DNA of 57,114 bases, the filler included, from Sluysia triapertura (taxonomy: Eukaryota): the NCBI GenBank assembly GCA_046118255.1. It is 4 parts of 4 records of this genome, joined end to end, with 100 filler letters (N's around TTAATTAATTAA, not from the genome) between each part and the next. Parts side by side here need not be neighbours in the genome. Positions count along the whole stretch, not along the records: positions 24,739 to 41,888 come from JBJNIA010191829.1; 3 more parts are not named here. One strand, 5' to 3'. This document shows positions 26,692 through 40,246 of this stretch, piece after piece; position 1 is the stretch's first letter, and every line of letters begins with the position of its first letter. Position numbers and translations under genes: made by a program. A model generated the notes under the pieces. That model searched no databases, was not told where the DNA came from, and saw only the letters and a program-made list of their open reading frames with translations.

Positions 26692-28921
26692 TCAATAAAT
26701 CCTATCTTGCATCATTCCACCAGCTTCTTTCATTACTTCTCGATTCATATAATTTTGCTTTGATTGATTTGATCTTTTCTGATTGGAAAGAAATTCATAA
26801 AAACTGCCTGAATTTGAAAAATCAGATAAACCACCAGGAGGAGGATCTTCGTAGAAAAAATCGTGGCTTAAAGCTTCATCAGCAGTCAAACGTTTACGTG
26901 GATCTAACACTAACAATTTGTCAATTAAATCTACAGCTAAATTACAATCAACAACCTTTGCAAGTTGATGTTTTACGTGACGTTTTTGATTTGTAGGTTT
27001 CTCAAGACGCTTAAAAACTTCTAATTTTGAAACTCCAGGCCAATTTTCTTCAGTTATCGAGCCACATAAATTTGTGATCAAACGAAGTTGATGCATTTCA
27101 TTATCACCCTTAGTAAAAATATTTATATTCAAATATTGTAAAATGTTACTTTAAATTATAAAATGTAAATATTAAAATTAATTGAATAAACACAAACTTG
27201 CATAATTGGGTATTTGGTCCACAGTTCTGCCATAATACAACCAGCACCCCATATATCAACCGATCTATCATAATGACGATCATTTAGTAAAATTTCTGGA
27301 GGTCTGTACCACATAGTAACCACTCGACTAGTATACTTTGGTAAATGTTCTGGTTTCGAAGGTTTTATTGTATACCGAGCTAGGCCAAAATCAGCTATTT
27401 TTAATGTTCCATGTCGTTCAATTAGTATATTGGCTGCTTTTAAATCTCGATGAATTATATTATTCCTTAAAATTTTATTAAAATCGAAATTAAAAAATTT
27501 TATTAATACCAAACATTATGTGCTATTTTTAATATTTTAAGTACAAAATTAATAACTTTTATTTGAGCTAAATATTTATTCTAATATTTCATATAATAGG
27601 CCAGAAAGAATGTACATTTACTAAAATTCACTTATTCTTTACTAAAAAGGTTACTTTTTCTGTTACTCTAGTATCATAAATACTTTTAAATTATATATTT
27701 ATATAACAGACCTCCATTGGTATATCTATATTATTACAAAATTACGAATAAAATATTAAAAATAACAAAAGTTATCGGAATTACGTTTTATAGTTAAAAT
27801 AAAACTTCGATATTATTTTATTAAGCAACAAGAAAATTCAGAGATCCTTGTGGATGACAGTAAAAAGTAGGCAAAAGCCCGAAATGCGCCATACTTAATT
27901 AACATGAAGAAGCAAATGCAGAGTGCAGGAAAATTATATTTGCTTTACAAAAGTATTGCTCAATTCATAACACAAGTTTATAATATACAAATTAAAACTT
28001 CTAACTTTAACCTCCATAAATCACAACTCTTAATTCGATTATCATCGGATCAACAAATAATACAAAATAAAATTCACGTTACAGTATTCAGTGCATTCAT
28101 CAAATTCGTAAACAGATACAAATGATACCTAAAATCCAAATGCTAAATACAATAAGATTCAATAGAGAAACAAAATCATCCTACAACTCAACAACTTCGA
28201 CTTTTACATATACCATAAAAAACTTTCATTATTTAATTTTTGAGGTTCAAAGTTTGGAATCGTAGTATTGAACTAAAAATTATGTTAATTTTATATTATT
28301 AATTCAGTTAACTTTACTTTCATTTTCAATAAATAGAAAAAATAAATATTATCTATACCTATGTAAATAAAATATTCCGGTAAATAATTGTTTCATTATA
28401 GACTTCCGTTGGGGTAAATTGAAATGCATGGACTGATCACTTAACAAACCTGCTAAATCATGATCACATAAATCAAACAATAAGTAAAATTCTGGTTTGT
28501 AATTTCTTTCCTTTGTAGCTACAATTACCTTTTATCTAACAATCTAATTCTTACGTGCACTACAACAAATTTCTTTTAAACATACGATATTTGGATGACT
28601 AAGCGACTGTAATATTTTTATTTCACGAAGAGCAGTGATTGGAAACTACTTATATAAGTATATTTTTCAACAAATACCAACCCCTTCCTTTTCTTGTTCT
28701 AGTTTAATTCTTTTTAGAGCATAATACTTTTTGGTTTCTGAATCTCTCACTTTAAAAACTTCTCCAAATGTCCCTTGGCCAATTTTTTGAAGTTTCTCAA
28801 ATTGTTCTACATTACGTAGAATTGTTATCTTTGGATCTCGTTGAGAGTTTTTTAAAAAATCTTGCAAGCCATGTTGCAAATCATTTTGGATAGTAGGATA
28901 AATATCACCAACATCATCCAT
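26692..28921 (-). CDS. CDK9: Cyclin-dependent kinase 9 (P-TEFb kinase), complete; exons 28921-28682, 28645-28555, 28518-28359, 27465-27198, 27108-26692
   Basis: [12 protein letters not shown]|[39 protein letters not shown]-terminal DRIY; GT-AG introns of 36, 36, 893 and 89 nt, all frame-consistent. Confidence 0.96.
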
Positions 28922-29283
28922 TTATAAAAATAAATAGTATAAATGTAAAATAATAACCTTAAACTAAAACGTTATTTAAATAAATAAACAAATGGAATTA
29001 AAAAATCTAGAGTAAATTAAAGTAATTAAAAGTAAAATTTTTCAAATATATATATATATATATATATAAATTAAATAAAAGGCAAACTATAAATTAAATT
29101 AAAGTCGCGATAAACGAATTTTTTATCATAAATTACACATTTTTTCAAAGTATATTGTCAAAAATAGTTAAAATTGTTTATTAACAGACAATTTTTTATA
29201 ACTGTTTTAGTTATTTGTTTTAATATATATTAATTAGGTAAAATGTCTTTAGCATTTTATTAAAATAAATTTTTTTTAGAAAT
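28922..29283. promoter_or_regulatory. Probable bidirectional promoter between CDK9 and the Ashwin-like gene
   Basis: 362 nt between divergent ATGs; contains (TA)n and a likely 5'UTR intron at about 29238-29279. Confidence 0.5.
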
Positions 29284-29558
29284 ATGGTTTTTGAGTTGCT
29301 GAATCCGTATGACGCTACAAATTTAGAAATAATCAAAGCATTTAAAGGAAACGCCTTTTATAATTTAGTAATTTTTTGTGACATTATTTGATTTTGTAGA
29401 TATCAGAAAATATGAGTAGATATGAATTAATAGCAATATTTAATAAATACTTAAGGCCATTGCCTAAACGACAGAACCGTTCCAATAAATGTTCCAAACG
29501 TAAATTTACACCGAATAATATCGAATCTGAATCAAAAAGGATTAAAACCAAATATTAA
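29284..29558 (+). CDS. Ashwin-like small protein, 80 aa; exons 29284-29367, 29400-29558
   Basis: 32-nt intron; MVFELLNPYDATNLEII...SRYELIAIFNKYLRPLPKRQNR resembles Ashwin/C2orf49 (LLHPE...L..LY..HA.PLPQR); basic tail; missed by the ORF track. Confidence 0.65.
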
Positions 29559-30679
29559 ATTGTAGTGTGCATATACTTAATATTTATACAATATATAATA
29601 AAGTTGCCTTAATTTTTTTCGTAGCACTCATTGGTATAATAAATATAGCTTTTGTCGCGGCAATTTTTGATCAGATTTGACATTAACAGCGTTTTCAGCT
29701 AATATGCCACATTTGCAATATTTACTATTATTAGATGTATACAATATTAGCAGATATTTATAACTTGTATAACATTTTAATCTTTATCAATTCATTTTAA
29801 CATCAATGAAAGTTTACATCATGTTTATGGTTAGTATTGGTAGTCTACTTTTTTCAAATTTCTAAAGATATTCGTTTGAATCAATCTTATTTTTTATTGC
29901 TTATTTCGATGTTACATCTTATATTTCTTGTTTAAAGATTTAAATTTTAGCTTGATTTCAGGTAATTTCAACTATGGTGAGAAATTTTTGCACCTAATTG
30001 CGACAGAGTTAGATGAAAAATAATTTCAGACTTAGGGAATGTTACTTAAGCATGCCAATACAAATAGATTTCAGGTTGGAAGTTCAATATGATATTTAAA
30101 TACTTATGTTTTTAATGCTTTGAACTTTTCATTTAATTCAATTTTTCGCAGTCTTTTCATTAGGGTCTAATTATTTTATGGCAAATTTTTTGGTTTAGGT
30201 AATGATTAATCAGTGATTGATACCAAATGTTCAAAGTAAAATTAATGGTAGTTAAGAAGTTTATTTTGTCAAATACATTATAATCTGAACGTATATTTGG
30301 TATAATTTATCTTTTCTCTTAAGAGAAATAAAAGATAAGAATAATTTATTATAAAGTAGAAAAAATTTAAAATGGCCATACGAATTATTACTAACTATAA
30401 TCAAACACAAACTGTGAATTATACCTTTTGTATGAACAGTTTGGGCTATCTTAAACTGTATTAAAGCATTGGTAATAATTATTTTATATTACGAGTATTA
30501 GACTAAATTTATCACAAATTTGCAAAATATTGATTCGACGTTATGGAATTCGATTACACTTTGTGATACAATTATATTTACTCGAAATTAATTTGTATGA
30601 CCATTTAACTTAATAAGGAAGCATTTGCGATTGACAATAAAATTTAAATTATTCATTAAGGAATGAGCACTATGGTGAA

Positions 30680-31810
30680 TAAATTCTGTAGTTGGCATTA
30701 ATTGTACGTCTACTTTTTTACATTTGCACGCATATAATACTTCCCCCCTTAGTCGACCAAAAACTCCTTCCTCTAATGGTAATAAAGGTATGACTAAATC
30801 CGTTTTTGTAATAGCTACCGCTAATTTTGTACTCAATACTTCCTTATTCAATTGACAATCACGAGTGACCATATTAAACCTAAATGATAATAGAAGTTGG
30901 TTTTTTTGTTAAAATAGGTATTCGATTTTACATTTTTCGCATCGAAGCCTTTTTTAGCCTCTTGAAATGTTTTCTGTTATTTCATTTCCACAACGAATTA
31001 TTCTTTTAGAAATAAAATTCAAGCATCCTCCATACTGGTCATTCATACTGTTGGCGTTTCGGCTTAATCTAATCTGTTTCTTTGCATGCGAACAATATTT
31101 TTGTTTATCTCTATTAGATATTCGTCTTTATCTTGATAAATAAATCCTGATATTATTTTAAGTTTTTGTTTTAGAATTATTAGTGGACATTGAGATTTGT
31201 CCAATTCGTAAATTAATCTCGATTTTCCCGTGTCACAACTGGTTTGGTCACTTTTACAATATGATCGTGACATTGTTCCTTTTTCCACATCAAAACTTTC
31301 ATTAAATGATTTTGGACTTACAACGTATGTTTCTTGTGTGAAAACGTTATGATAAATTTTCCCTTCATACTTTATTGTTCCTAGTTCACACGTTCAATCT
31401 ATAAGCACATTACCAGCAGTTCTCATACTGTAAATTATTTTCTCATTATTATTTTTAACTTATCGCCTTTCGTTAAACTTATGTATCCTGTTTCAAATGC
31501 ATCCCTACATTGCTTAGGTAATATCTTAAATGGTTTTAGTACATTTGACAACTCTATTATAGATGAGTGGCTGTGATGACCACAATACCAAATTGCAATC
31601 GATCATTTAACCATACATTCTCTTATCAAAGTTGTCACCTAATTACCTTTTTTGATGAACACTCATTATTTTAGTGTCTTGTATTCGATTCGACATTGAT
31701 TCAGGGCAATTTGTGTCCAATAAAGAAATTTTTCTTCTTATCTGTAGCAGGCTACAATTAAATGCCTTTATCACATTGCTAACAGTATTATGTTAAACAA
31801 CGTATTATTT
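30680..31810 (-). pseudogene. Endogenous chuvirus-type (class III) glycoprotein, copy A
   Basis: IKAFNCS...KISLLD; ECMVK..IWYCGHHSHSS; QCRDAFETG; C.LGTIKY; RDCQLNKEVL; GEVLYACKCKKVDV...TTE, in the order seen in Chuviridae G; stops and frameshifts; 3' truncated. Confidence 0.85.
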
Positions 31811-31849
31811 GTCGAGTTTCATTCTTGGTATGGCTGTCGAATAATTGTA

Positions 31850-32730
31850 TCATTATGTTTGTCGGCTCTTCTGCTTTCTGATTCTCTTTTCCTTTTATTA
31901 TATTTCGTCAACCTCCTTGTTCCTCGACCCATAATTTGGTTTTCTTATTAACAAAATCTATGACATCTATTTTTTTGTAATAATTCTTTCTTGATTACAT
32001 TAGTATATAACTTATGTTAAAATTATTTTTAATTTTTCTTTATCTAGTCCCTTACTAATTATTTATTTATTATCAATTTATATTTTCCATTGTCTATAAA
32101 ATCACTAATATCTTTGTCTTTATATCTTTCTTCAAATTTTCTTATAGTCTTTTTTAATTTCTGCAGTGACTTATATTTACTAAAATTAGTATACCTGTCA
32201 GATAAAAATGCATAATTCAATTTCATCATCATTTTCACAATTTATTTTGGATAAATCAAGTGTTTCTAACAATATTACATCATTCGCGTTTTTTCTTGAA
32301 CGACCAGGTTTTCTTTACTGTATTCGTTTCCTTATCAACAGTTTCTATATGTCAATTTCTATTAAGATTCACTATATAATCAGGTTGCTCATCTTTTTCA
32401 AAATTAATTTCTGTTTTCCTCATCGATATCAACTATGTATATGTCATCATTTTCCATTAATTGTCTTAACAATGTATTTAGGGATTCATTAACTTTTCTG
32501 TTTATTTCATTTTCAACATTATCATTATTTGGATTCTCATGTACAATTACTGCCTTTATCATGGTCACTTATCGGATAACTGTAATCAATTAAAAATTCG
32601 GTAGGTTCTAAATACCTATTAAAGAAATGTGGTTTCACATCTACTATTGTCGGGTCATTTAATTTAAGCATATCTATTATATCTTCTACTACTATTGTAA
32701 CAGGTAATTCCACAAATACATTAATTCAAG
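31850..32730 (-). pseudogene. Upstream ORF of the virus-like element, copy A, ending in a Bcl-2-like domain
   Basis: LKKTIRKFEERYKDKDISDF...KGLDKEKLKIILT*VIY*CNQ...VIDFVNKKTKLWVEEQGG*RNII; colinear with 40420-41400. Confidence 0.6.
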
Positions 32731-34199
32731 TGCTGGGTTTTTTCTTAATAAAAGAGACTTAACTCGCAGCAAAATAAATTCTTATTTCGAGTATACAGCT
32801 TACTAATGGCGTACCTGTAAAATTACCTGAAAACAATTCTAACGAATTTTGGTAAATTAATTTCTACAAATTTATATGGTTGATTTTTAATTTTGTTACG
32901 AATTCAAATATTATCAGTTTTAATTTTACATTACTATTATTATTAAAAAATATGAGATTTAAAGATGTTAAGTCAAATTTATCTTTAGTAAATAAAAGAA
33001 ATTGTCGGAATTTTAATAATAAATTTTAGGAGATCTATTGTAAGATCCAAACAATTATTAAATAATGTTTCGTGGATTTTTCGAAGATATCTTTTAGATA
33101 TCCAAACCTTAATTAAAACTAACTAATTATTCGAAAAAACTGTAAAAAGAATCTGGCCAAAGTAGAAATTCCACGAGATGATTTTTTAAATACACTGTTT
33201 ATGTTGTGTGTTCAATCAATTATTGTGTTTAAAAGGATTTAAAAATTGTGTCTTAACAAGCTGTATCTAAAATTGTGAGATAGTATGATTTATGTATTCT
33301 TCATATATAAATTTTATTGACCTTGGCCAGATTAATCCTTTAAAACAAAATTTAATACTTACAAAATTAAAATTAAAAAATAATTAAAATTTAATATCCA
33401 CAAAAATTTTAATAATAAATATTAAATGTATAGTTAATAAAAATAATTGTCCAGAATAATTATCCAAAATAAAATTTATAAAATGATTATAAAACGACAA
33501 TTTCTAATTAAATCAACAAAAATCACTTTAGACTTCACAATATTATTCATTTAGATAAGGTTATCTGAGGTGAGTTCAATTTATTTATCATTTATTTATT
33601 ATATACATTTATTTATCATTTATTATTTTTAGATGCATCCTGATTGTATTATTTGAGCCAGCATCCATAATTACCCTCATACATTTTTGATTAAATTTAA
33701 TACTTTGTACCAGATAATTTTTAAATTAACTGATGCAGTTATCATCTTTATTGAACTTGTTAAAGTTGGTGCTGTTTATACCTATCTTTCTTGGTTTAAT
33801 TTTTAAAACTAGCAAACATCTATATAATCAGTTTTAAATGTGATAAATTAAGGTCTTAAATTGAATGGTTTCTTAAAAAAACTAGACATTCTATAATTGA
33901 GAATTAAATAAAATTCGACTTCGCTCAATACTAAGGCTTTCCTTGTATGAACTCAGGTAAACCTTATGTTTTATAAGACAAAAACGTACGGAGCCACAAC
34001 ATTATTCATTCAAACGTTATTCACAAAACCTACTTTTTTTAATTAAGTTAATTAAGATTTTAATTAATTAAACTTAATCTTACTTTGTTTAAATGCTTAA
34101 TTAAATTTTTTAAAGTTTGTTAGTACTTTATAAGGTTTTCACCTTCATTACTCTCACGCCTTTTTCAACTTTATGTTAATTATTTAGTGCATCAAATTT

Positions 34200-34700
34200 A
34201 TCTTTAATGTCAGTAACAATAACTTTACTTTTCAAAGATTTCAAATACTTTATAAGGTTACTCAAATGCTTATAAATGTCTCAAAGACCTTTAAAGGCTG
34301 ATGAAGTTTCAGGAATCACAAGTTCAAGGACACTAACGTTTCAAAAACTTTTCCGAAACCATCTCAAGATCTTACAAAGGTCTTTGGAACTCCATTGTAT
34401 TCTTCAATTCTCAAAACGATCATATATACTTTCGTCTTTGTTTTTCCAATCATTTGAATCACTTTTTTCTCTATCTTTCAGTTCCACATCCTCCTTACTC
34501 TGTAAAACTACGTAAACTCAACATTTGCTATCTAAAATTGTCATGCATAAGCGATTTATCTGTTTATCTTTTTTATTACAATTTTTGTGTTTTTATACTT
34601 CTAAATTAACGATAATAACATGTGCTGTAATTTCATATCACAAAATAAAATAAGCATGCTCCCTTTACACTAAACGACTTATGACGTAGAGTGGGCATTA
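34200..34700 (-). repeat. LTR-like dispersed repeat
   Basis: Shares CTCTACGTCATAAGTCGTTTA with 50405-50430, and AAAGACCT..TAAG / TTTATAAGCAT.TGAG blocks with 56820-56930. Confidence 0.45.
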
Positions 34701-36605
34701 ATTTAACTATAAATTTTAATGTTTTAAATTAATGTTTCACTTTAACAAACATTCTTGTTTTTGCCACCGTTAAAAGCTTAATCTACAAATTCAAATCCAA
34801 TCCACAACATTATCTTAAATATACTTCAATCCCTATAATTGTAAACTTAACTCTAAACTATTTCGATTATAATCATTGTATTTAGTCTTATTTATTTATT
34901 ACAAAAATTGTTGTTACTCAAAAATTTTAAATTGATTAGTTAATGATAATTTATTATTATTTATATTTCGGGAATTCAAAGCCCAAACATCTAAACAAGA
35001 GTGTAAATTGACTTACAGAAAATTCCTATAATCAGTATATTTACATTATTTTACTGACTTTCAATGGTTTATCGATTTCGCATTATGTTGCCTTCTGGTA
35101 TAATTTTCCAGTGAAATCGTTTATGATGTCTTATGGAATCCAATGATCGTATTAATTTAAACGTTATTCTCATTGGCTTGAGACTTACATTGCGGACTCT
35201 ATTTTCTACAAATGTGCTATATCTTTCAATGTCTGATAGTTCTGATGCTATGATAATTTTATTACCTATTCTTTTATTAATAATTCCAGAACATTATTTT
35301 TCTATTCTAAAGCAACAATGCCAATCAGATATAAATGGTGATTTCACAAAACCGAATTATGTTCTGATTAATTCTGTTGTCTGTAAACAAGAACAGGTAA
35401 CCAAGATAATTTTCTTGCGATAGCAGGATGAAGATAGAATTGTTTCGTTGATTTTAAATCTGTCGATGATTTAATAGATGAATAATGGTACAGCTGAAAC
35501 AAAATGGAAAATAAGTCTTCTAAATATTAATACAGACAAAGATGGCGTCGAGTGACGTTTTCATAGTGCTGATGGAAGATGTAATTTATGACTAAGCAAA
35601 AGATGTAAATAGGATGTTGACAATACTATTAAGACAATAAAAAATAATATCCAACATAATTCTTACAATAGAAATAGGTTAAGATGTAAATATAAAAATA
35701 ATGAGCTAGAATAATAATATATATATTTTCGATTTTGTTTAGATTTTCATCAAGATTTTCTAAGCAAACTGTTTCTGGTGATTCGTTTGTCATTTTTGAT
35801 GAAAAACGATCTTCTAATGATTCATCTTAAACGATTTTGAGCAATAAAATGAAGTAGAAATAGCATAAATAATAAGAATAGTGACAAAATCTAAGAATCA
35901 ATAAAAATTATATACACAGAGGAACAGAAAACCAAACATGGTAACAATAATAATTATAACAGCGATCAGAAAATTATTATTGCGATATTTATTATCATTG
36001 TGATAATAATAATTGTAAAAATATAGTAATTATAAATTATTATAACTATGTTTATGTTTTGTATGAATTGAGTAATCTGATTATTAATTTATGTAAAAAG
36101 TGTTGATTTGCGTTGATGTTTGTTGGTCACTGCCATGAGTTGGATTCAAGTTCATTATCCAATCAATCTAGAATTTTCGATTTCTTTTTTGGTAAATAGT
36201 TTCTTCTTTATGAAAATTAGCGATTTTAAATGATTTCGTTAAATAATTTTCATTAGAAAATTACATGCGGTAAAAATTAATATCTTACAATGCCTAATTA
36301 TTCAATGCCAAATAAGACTATTGATCACACCATTAGTAAATATCTGAAATGAAAAATACAAATATTTTCACTTTACGTTGAGTATTCTCAACAAACTGAT
36401 TCTCCAGAACTATTGATTTATACACCATTATATAAATTTGAAATACTTATAATAAAACTAACTGCTAAAATATATTTATCTAAAAACCAAAACCTGTCAA
36501 AAATAATTTTAATAAATATGATAGTAATATAAAATGCATCTTCACAGCCACGACTAATAAAATAATAAAAAATGAATGTAAAATATAGAATGCAAATAAG
36601 ATAAG

Positions 36606-39259
36606 TTATTCTTGATAAAACTTTATTGCCATAATATCGCCTGTCGTTAAAGTTTGTGTAGCAGCATCCAATTTCCATTGAGCCAAGGAACTAGTAATAC
36701 TATTTATATCATTACTATACGTACTATTACTGTTACTGTAATAACAACTTTCTTGTTCAATGCTTAAAATACTTTTCATTGTATTTTCATCATCGATATA
36801 ATCTGTTCGTAAATCATCTTCGTCATCACCATTATCAATGTCAATATCAAAATCTAATCCTTGTAGTACTAAATATTGATTGTTGTAATTTAAATTTAAA
36901 TTATCATTACTTGTATTATTATTATTATTATCTTGATTAGCATTAGTAATATTTTCAAATAGAAATTCATCAATTTTCATTATGTTATCATTGTTATTAA
37001 CATAAAAATCACACTGAGAAGTGTTAACTTTTTCATACAATTTGCTATCTACTTCTTTCCATACTCGAGTTGCTTTCCATTTAGCACGAGATTCTTTTGA
37101 AGCCAACATTGCATTAAAATAAACTTCTTCATCAACCTAGTAATAATGATATCATATTGTTGGTAAATCATTAAAATTTAGTAAAAACTTAAATATCATA
37201 TTAGAATATTACATATTAACTAGTAAATTCACCTACCTGTTCAATGAAGATAATAAATCTAGACATGCTTTTTGTAATGTTTCTAAAAAAAGTATATATT
37301 ATCTCATTAACTGCTGCGGAGTGTTTGATACTCGCGGAAAGAAGGCTACTGTTTTAAGAAATAACACTATTAGACAGTAATGTATACTAAATTGCCAAAT
37401 TAACAATGAATGTTGAAAAAGCATTTATTATCAAAAAATATCTTCCAGATGAAGATATTCTTAGAGAAAATTTTATCAATAGTAATATTTAGTGATCTAC
37501 CTTTTATTTAAAAACATTAGCTTAGTCGTTTTTTCGAATGGACTCTATCAACCATTTGTATCAAAATTATAAAGTGGTTTGTTTTCCTTTTTGTGTTCCA
37601 AAAAATCTTCTTAAATTTATTAGAAGTAAAGATTTTAATAACGTATATAGCAAATTAATAAAAAGTGTTAATGAAACATTTTTATCAAAACATGTTTTAT
37701 TTCTTCTTTTTAAGTTTTGAATTTTTAAATAACTAATTTTTACAAGATTTTATTTAATATTTAAATTGATAAATTTTTTTAATTTTAAGTAAAATGTTAA
37801 TTAAATTTAAAATTAAGTATTTAAAACAAATTGAAAGTTAAATTTAAATCTTTTGTTGGTAAATGGAAATCAGCATAAAAATACAATATTTTGATATTTA
37901 TTCGGTGTACAAAAAGACTTTCCACAGACTTCTGATTACCATTTTATTACTATTTTTTATATCTAATTTTTAAAATTTCAAAACTTTTTTAAAGATTTTA
38001 AAATTAGGCATTTTTTACGTCTAAAGTTTACGGATTATTGAATTGAGAGTTGGCTGTATGTCTATCTTATCTTCTCTACAACTGTTTAGACAGCATACAA
38101 ATAAAAATAACATTTGTATACAATTTAACTAACATTAAAATACTTTGTTAGATCATCTATGTTTTTGAATATTGATTTGTCAAAAAATACGTGCTCATGG
38201 TGACCTAAATCTATAATACCCCATAATTTTGATACATGATAAACTTTTCCTTTCGCGTTATTTAAAGTCTGAGATATAGACGTTTCTTGACATTTGTCAT
38301 TATTAAGAACAATTATATTGAGATTTGATATATCTTTGTTTTCAACACTTTCGTCGCTTATGACATTGAAAAATGTTGAATTTTTCCTCAAAAATTCTTC
38401 TAATTCAATCTAAATACAATGATAAAATTAAATTAAAAATACATTTGTGTATCCAATTACTGAAGACAGTTTCCATCCATACTGGCAAATAATTTGACTG
38501 CGTAATTGAGATACTGAACACTTACTAAATGACTTTTTAATGGTGTCTATCGATTCTCGTAAAATAAATATAATATTATAATCTAAAAAATAATCTTAAA
38601 TATTGTTATTAACTTATTTCATTAGAATGTTTATATTTTGACTTTTTCTTTACGCATTTTTCTTTCTTTAAATCATAGAAATCATCATTCCCTAAATGCT
38701 TCATTAAATAATAAACTTATTTACTTATATGATTTTTTACATTGTCTTTTAATCTAATTAAATCACCTTCAATTTCAAATATTTCAGTATTACGATATAA
38801 GAAATGAAGCAAAGAAGAACTATTAATCAATTGTTGAATATTATCAGCTGCATTCAATAAATGTTCTCGGATTACATTTATGTGAATCCACGTTTGATTA
38901 CTATTATGACGAAAAAATGATAAAAAATATAAAACAGCATCAGATTCTGACATCAAATCATCTTGATCTATGGAAAATTTGCGATATTTAATCTTAGAAA
39001 CTGACGTTTTAGTTATTACTGGCTCACTTTGGCAAGGTTTTTCATAAGTGACAGGATAAACCAAATGATTTTTAAGCTCAAATAAAGATGGATATTTGCT
39101 TAAAAATTGTTTAATGTCAAGTTGTACATTTGAATTCATAAGTTTGTCAAACAAATTTCCCTTAATAAATTGATCATTTATCGTGGTAATAGCCATGGGT
39201 CCTTTTAAATACAAATTTTCAAAAATACGAAGAGCAATTTGACAGTATTGATCCTCCAT
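36606..39259 (-). CDS. Egalitarian-like protein without exonuclease domain; exons 39259-38725, 38691-38614, 38582-38443, 38409-38134, 37136-36606
   Basis: Introns of 33, 31, 33 and 997 nt keep the frame; three Egl-type winged-helix-like repeats (IKQFLSKYPSLF; LLHFLYRNTEIF; LEEFLRKNSTFF); OB/CSD-like KGKVYHVSKLWGIIDLGHHEHVFFDKS...FNA..ASKESRAKWKATRVW; C-terminus DAATQTLTTGDIMAIKFYQE resembles the fly Egl AESQTLSTGDV Dlc-binding end. Confidence 0.8.
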
Positions 39260-40246
39260 TGTTTACATAAATTAATAAATCACGCGGATAATCAAAAGAA
39301 ATAAAACTAATATATAGATTCTGGACTTATTTTAATATAAATAAAAACAATTGTGTTAGTGATAAAAAACTACATACTTTATTTATAAGATTTGAAATGA
39401 TTCATTTTATTACTTAACTAATTAATTTAAACTACAACGATAAATAAAATGTACTCAATTTTATGTTTAGAATATCAAAGACATTAATTTAACATAAAAA
39501 CCTTATTTTAAAGTCCAATAAATCTTAAAGAAAACTTAAAATTAATTTACACATGTAAACTTTTGCATTTATATTCGATTCAGGCTCTTCGTAGTAAAAG
39601 CCTGGAAAGATTGTTATTACTAATATAATGAACTAAAAAATAAAATAATTTAAACTACATAGAATTTTTAATATGATGTATAATAATTGATATTGCATTA
39701 ATTTCCTATAACAAGCAATTAAATCATGAGTTAGGTGAAAATTCATTTTTCTAAATGTATGTAAAACTCAAGTTTAAAATATTTGTCCTTCATTTTTTTA
39801 CTTCATTTTGTTAGGTACTTAATTTTATTTTCAGTAATATGTGAGCCTAAGTCATAATTCAATAAATAAAAATCAAGGTAATATCAAATAAATTAAAAGA
39901 AAAACAAAATTAATAAAATCAATTAGCAAGTGAATGTAAGTTAAACAGTTATAATTTTAATTTATTAATATTTAATTTGTGTTTAAATCTTGGTAACTTT
40001 TCATGTTATACTTTCTTATCTTCAAATCATCTTCCAGTTTGGCAAACTAGCATTTCTTGCACAAATCGTACGAACGTCTTCTGAGAATCGAAACGACTTG
40101 TCGGACTTCGATAAGTAAAGGTCATGAAAATCTTATTAAGCATAAACCGTTTTTGAAGTTCTCTACTTTTCAAATTAAAATAGCAATTATTATTGCAAAT
40201 ATGCTTACTATTGTTTTATTTTAAAAATTTAAATATATTTCTAAAA

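Noticed and set aside
26658-26996. Plus-strand ORF over the CDK9 last exon (likewise 32208-32492, 40541-40786, 54961-55179, 55213-55452)
   Set aside because: Antisense shadows of real or decayed coding sequence.
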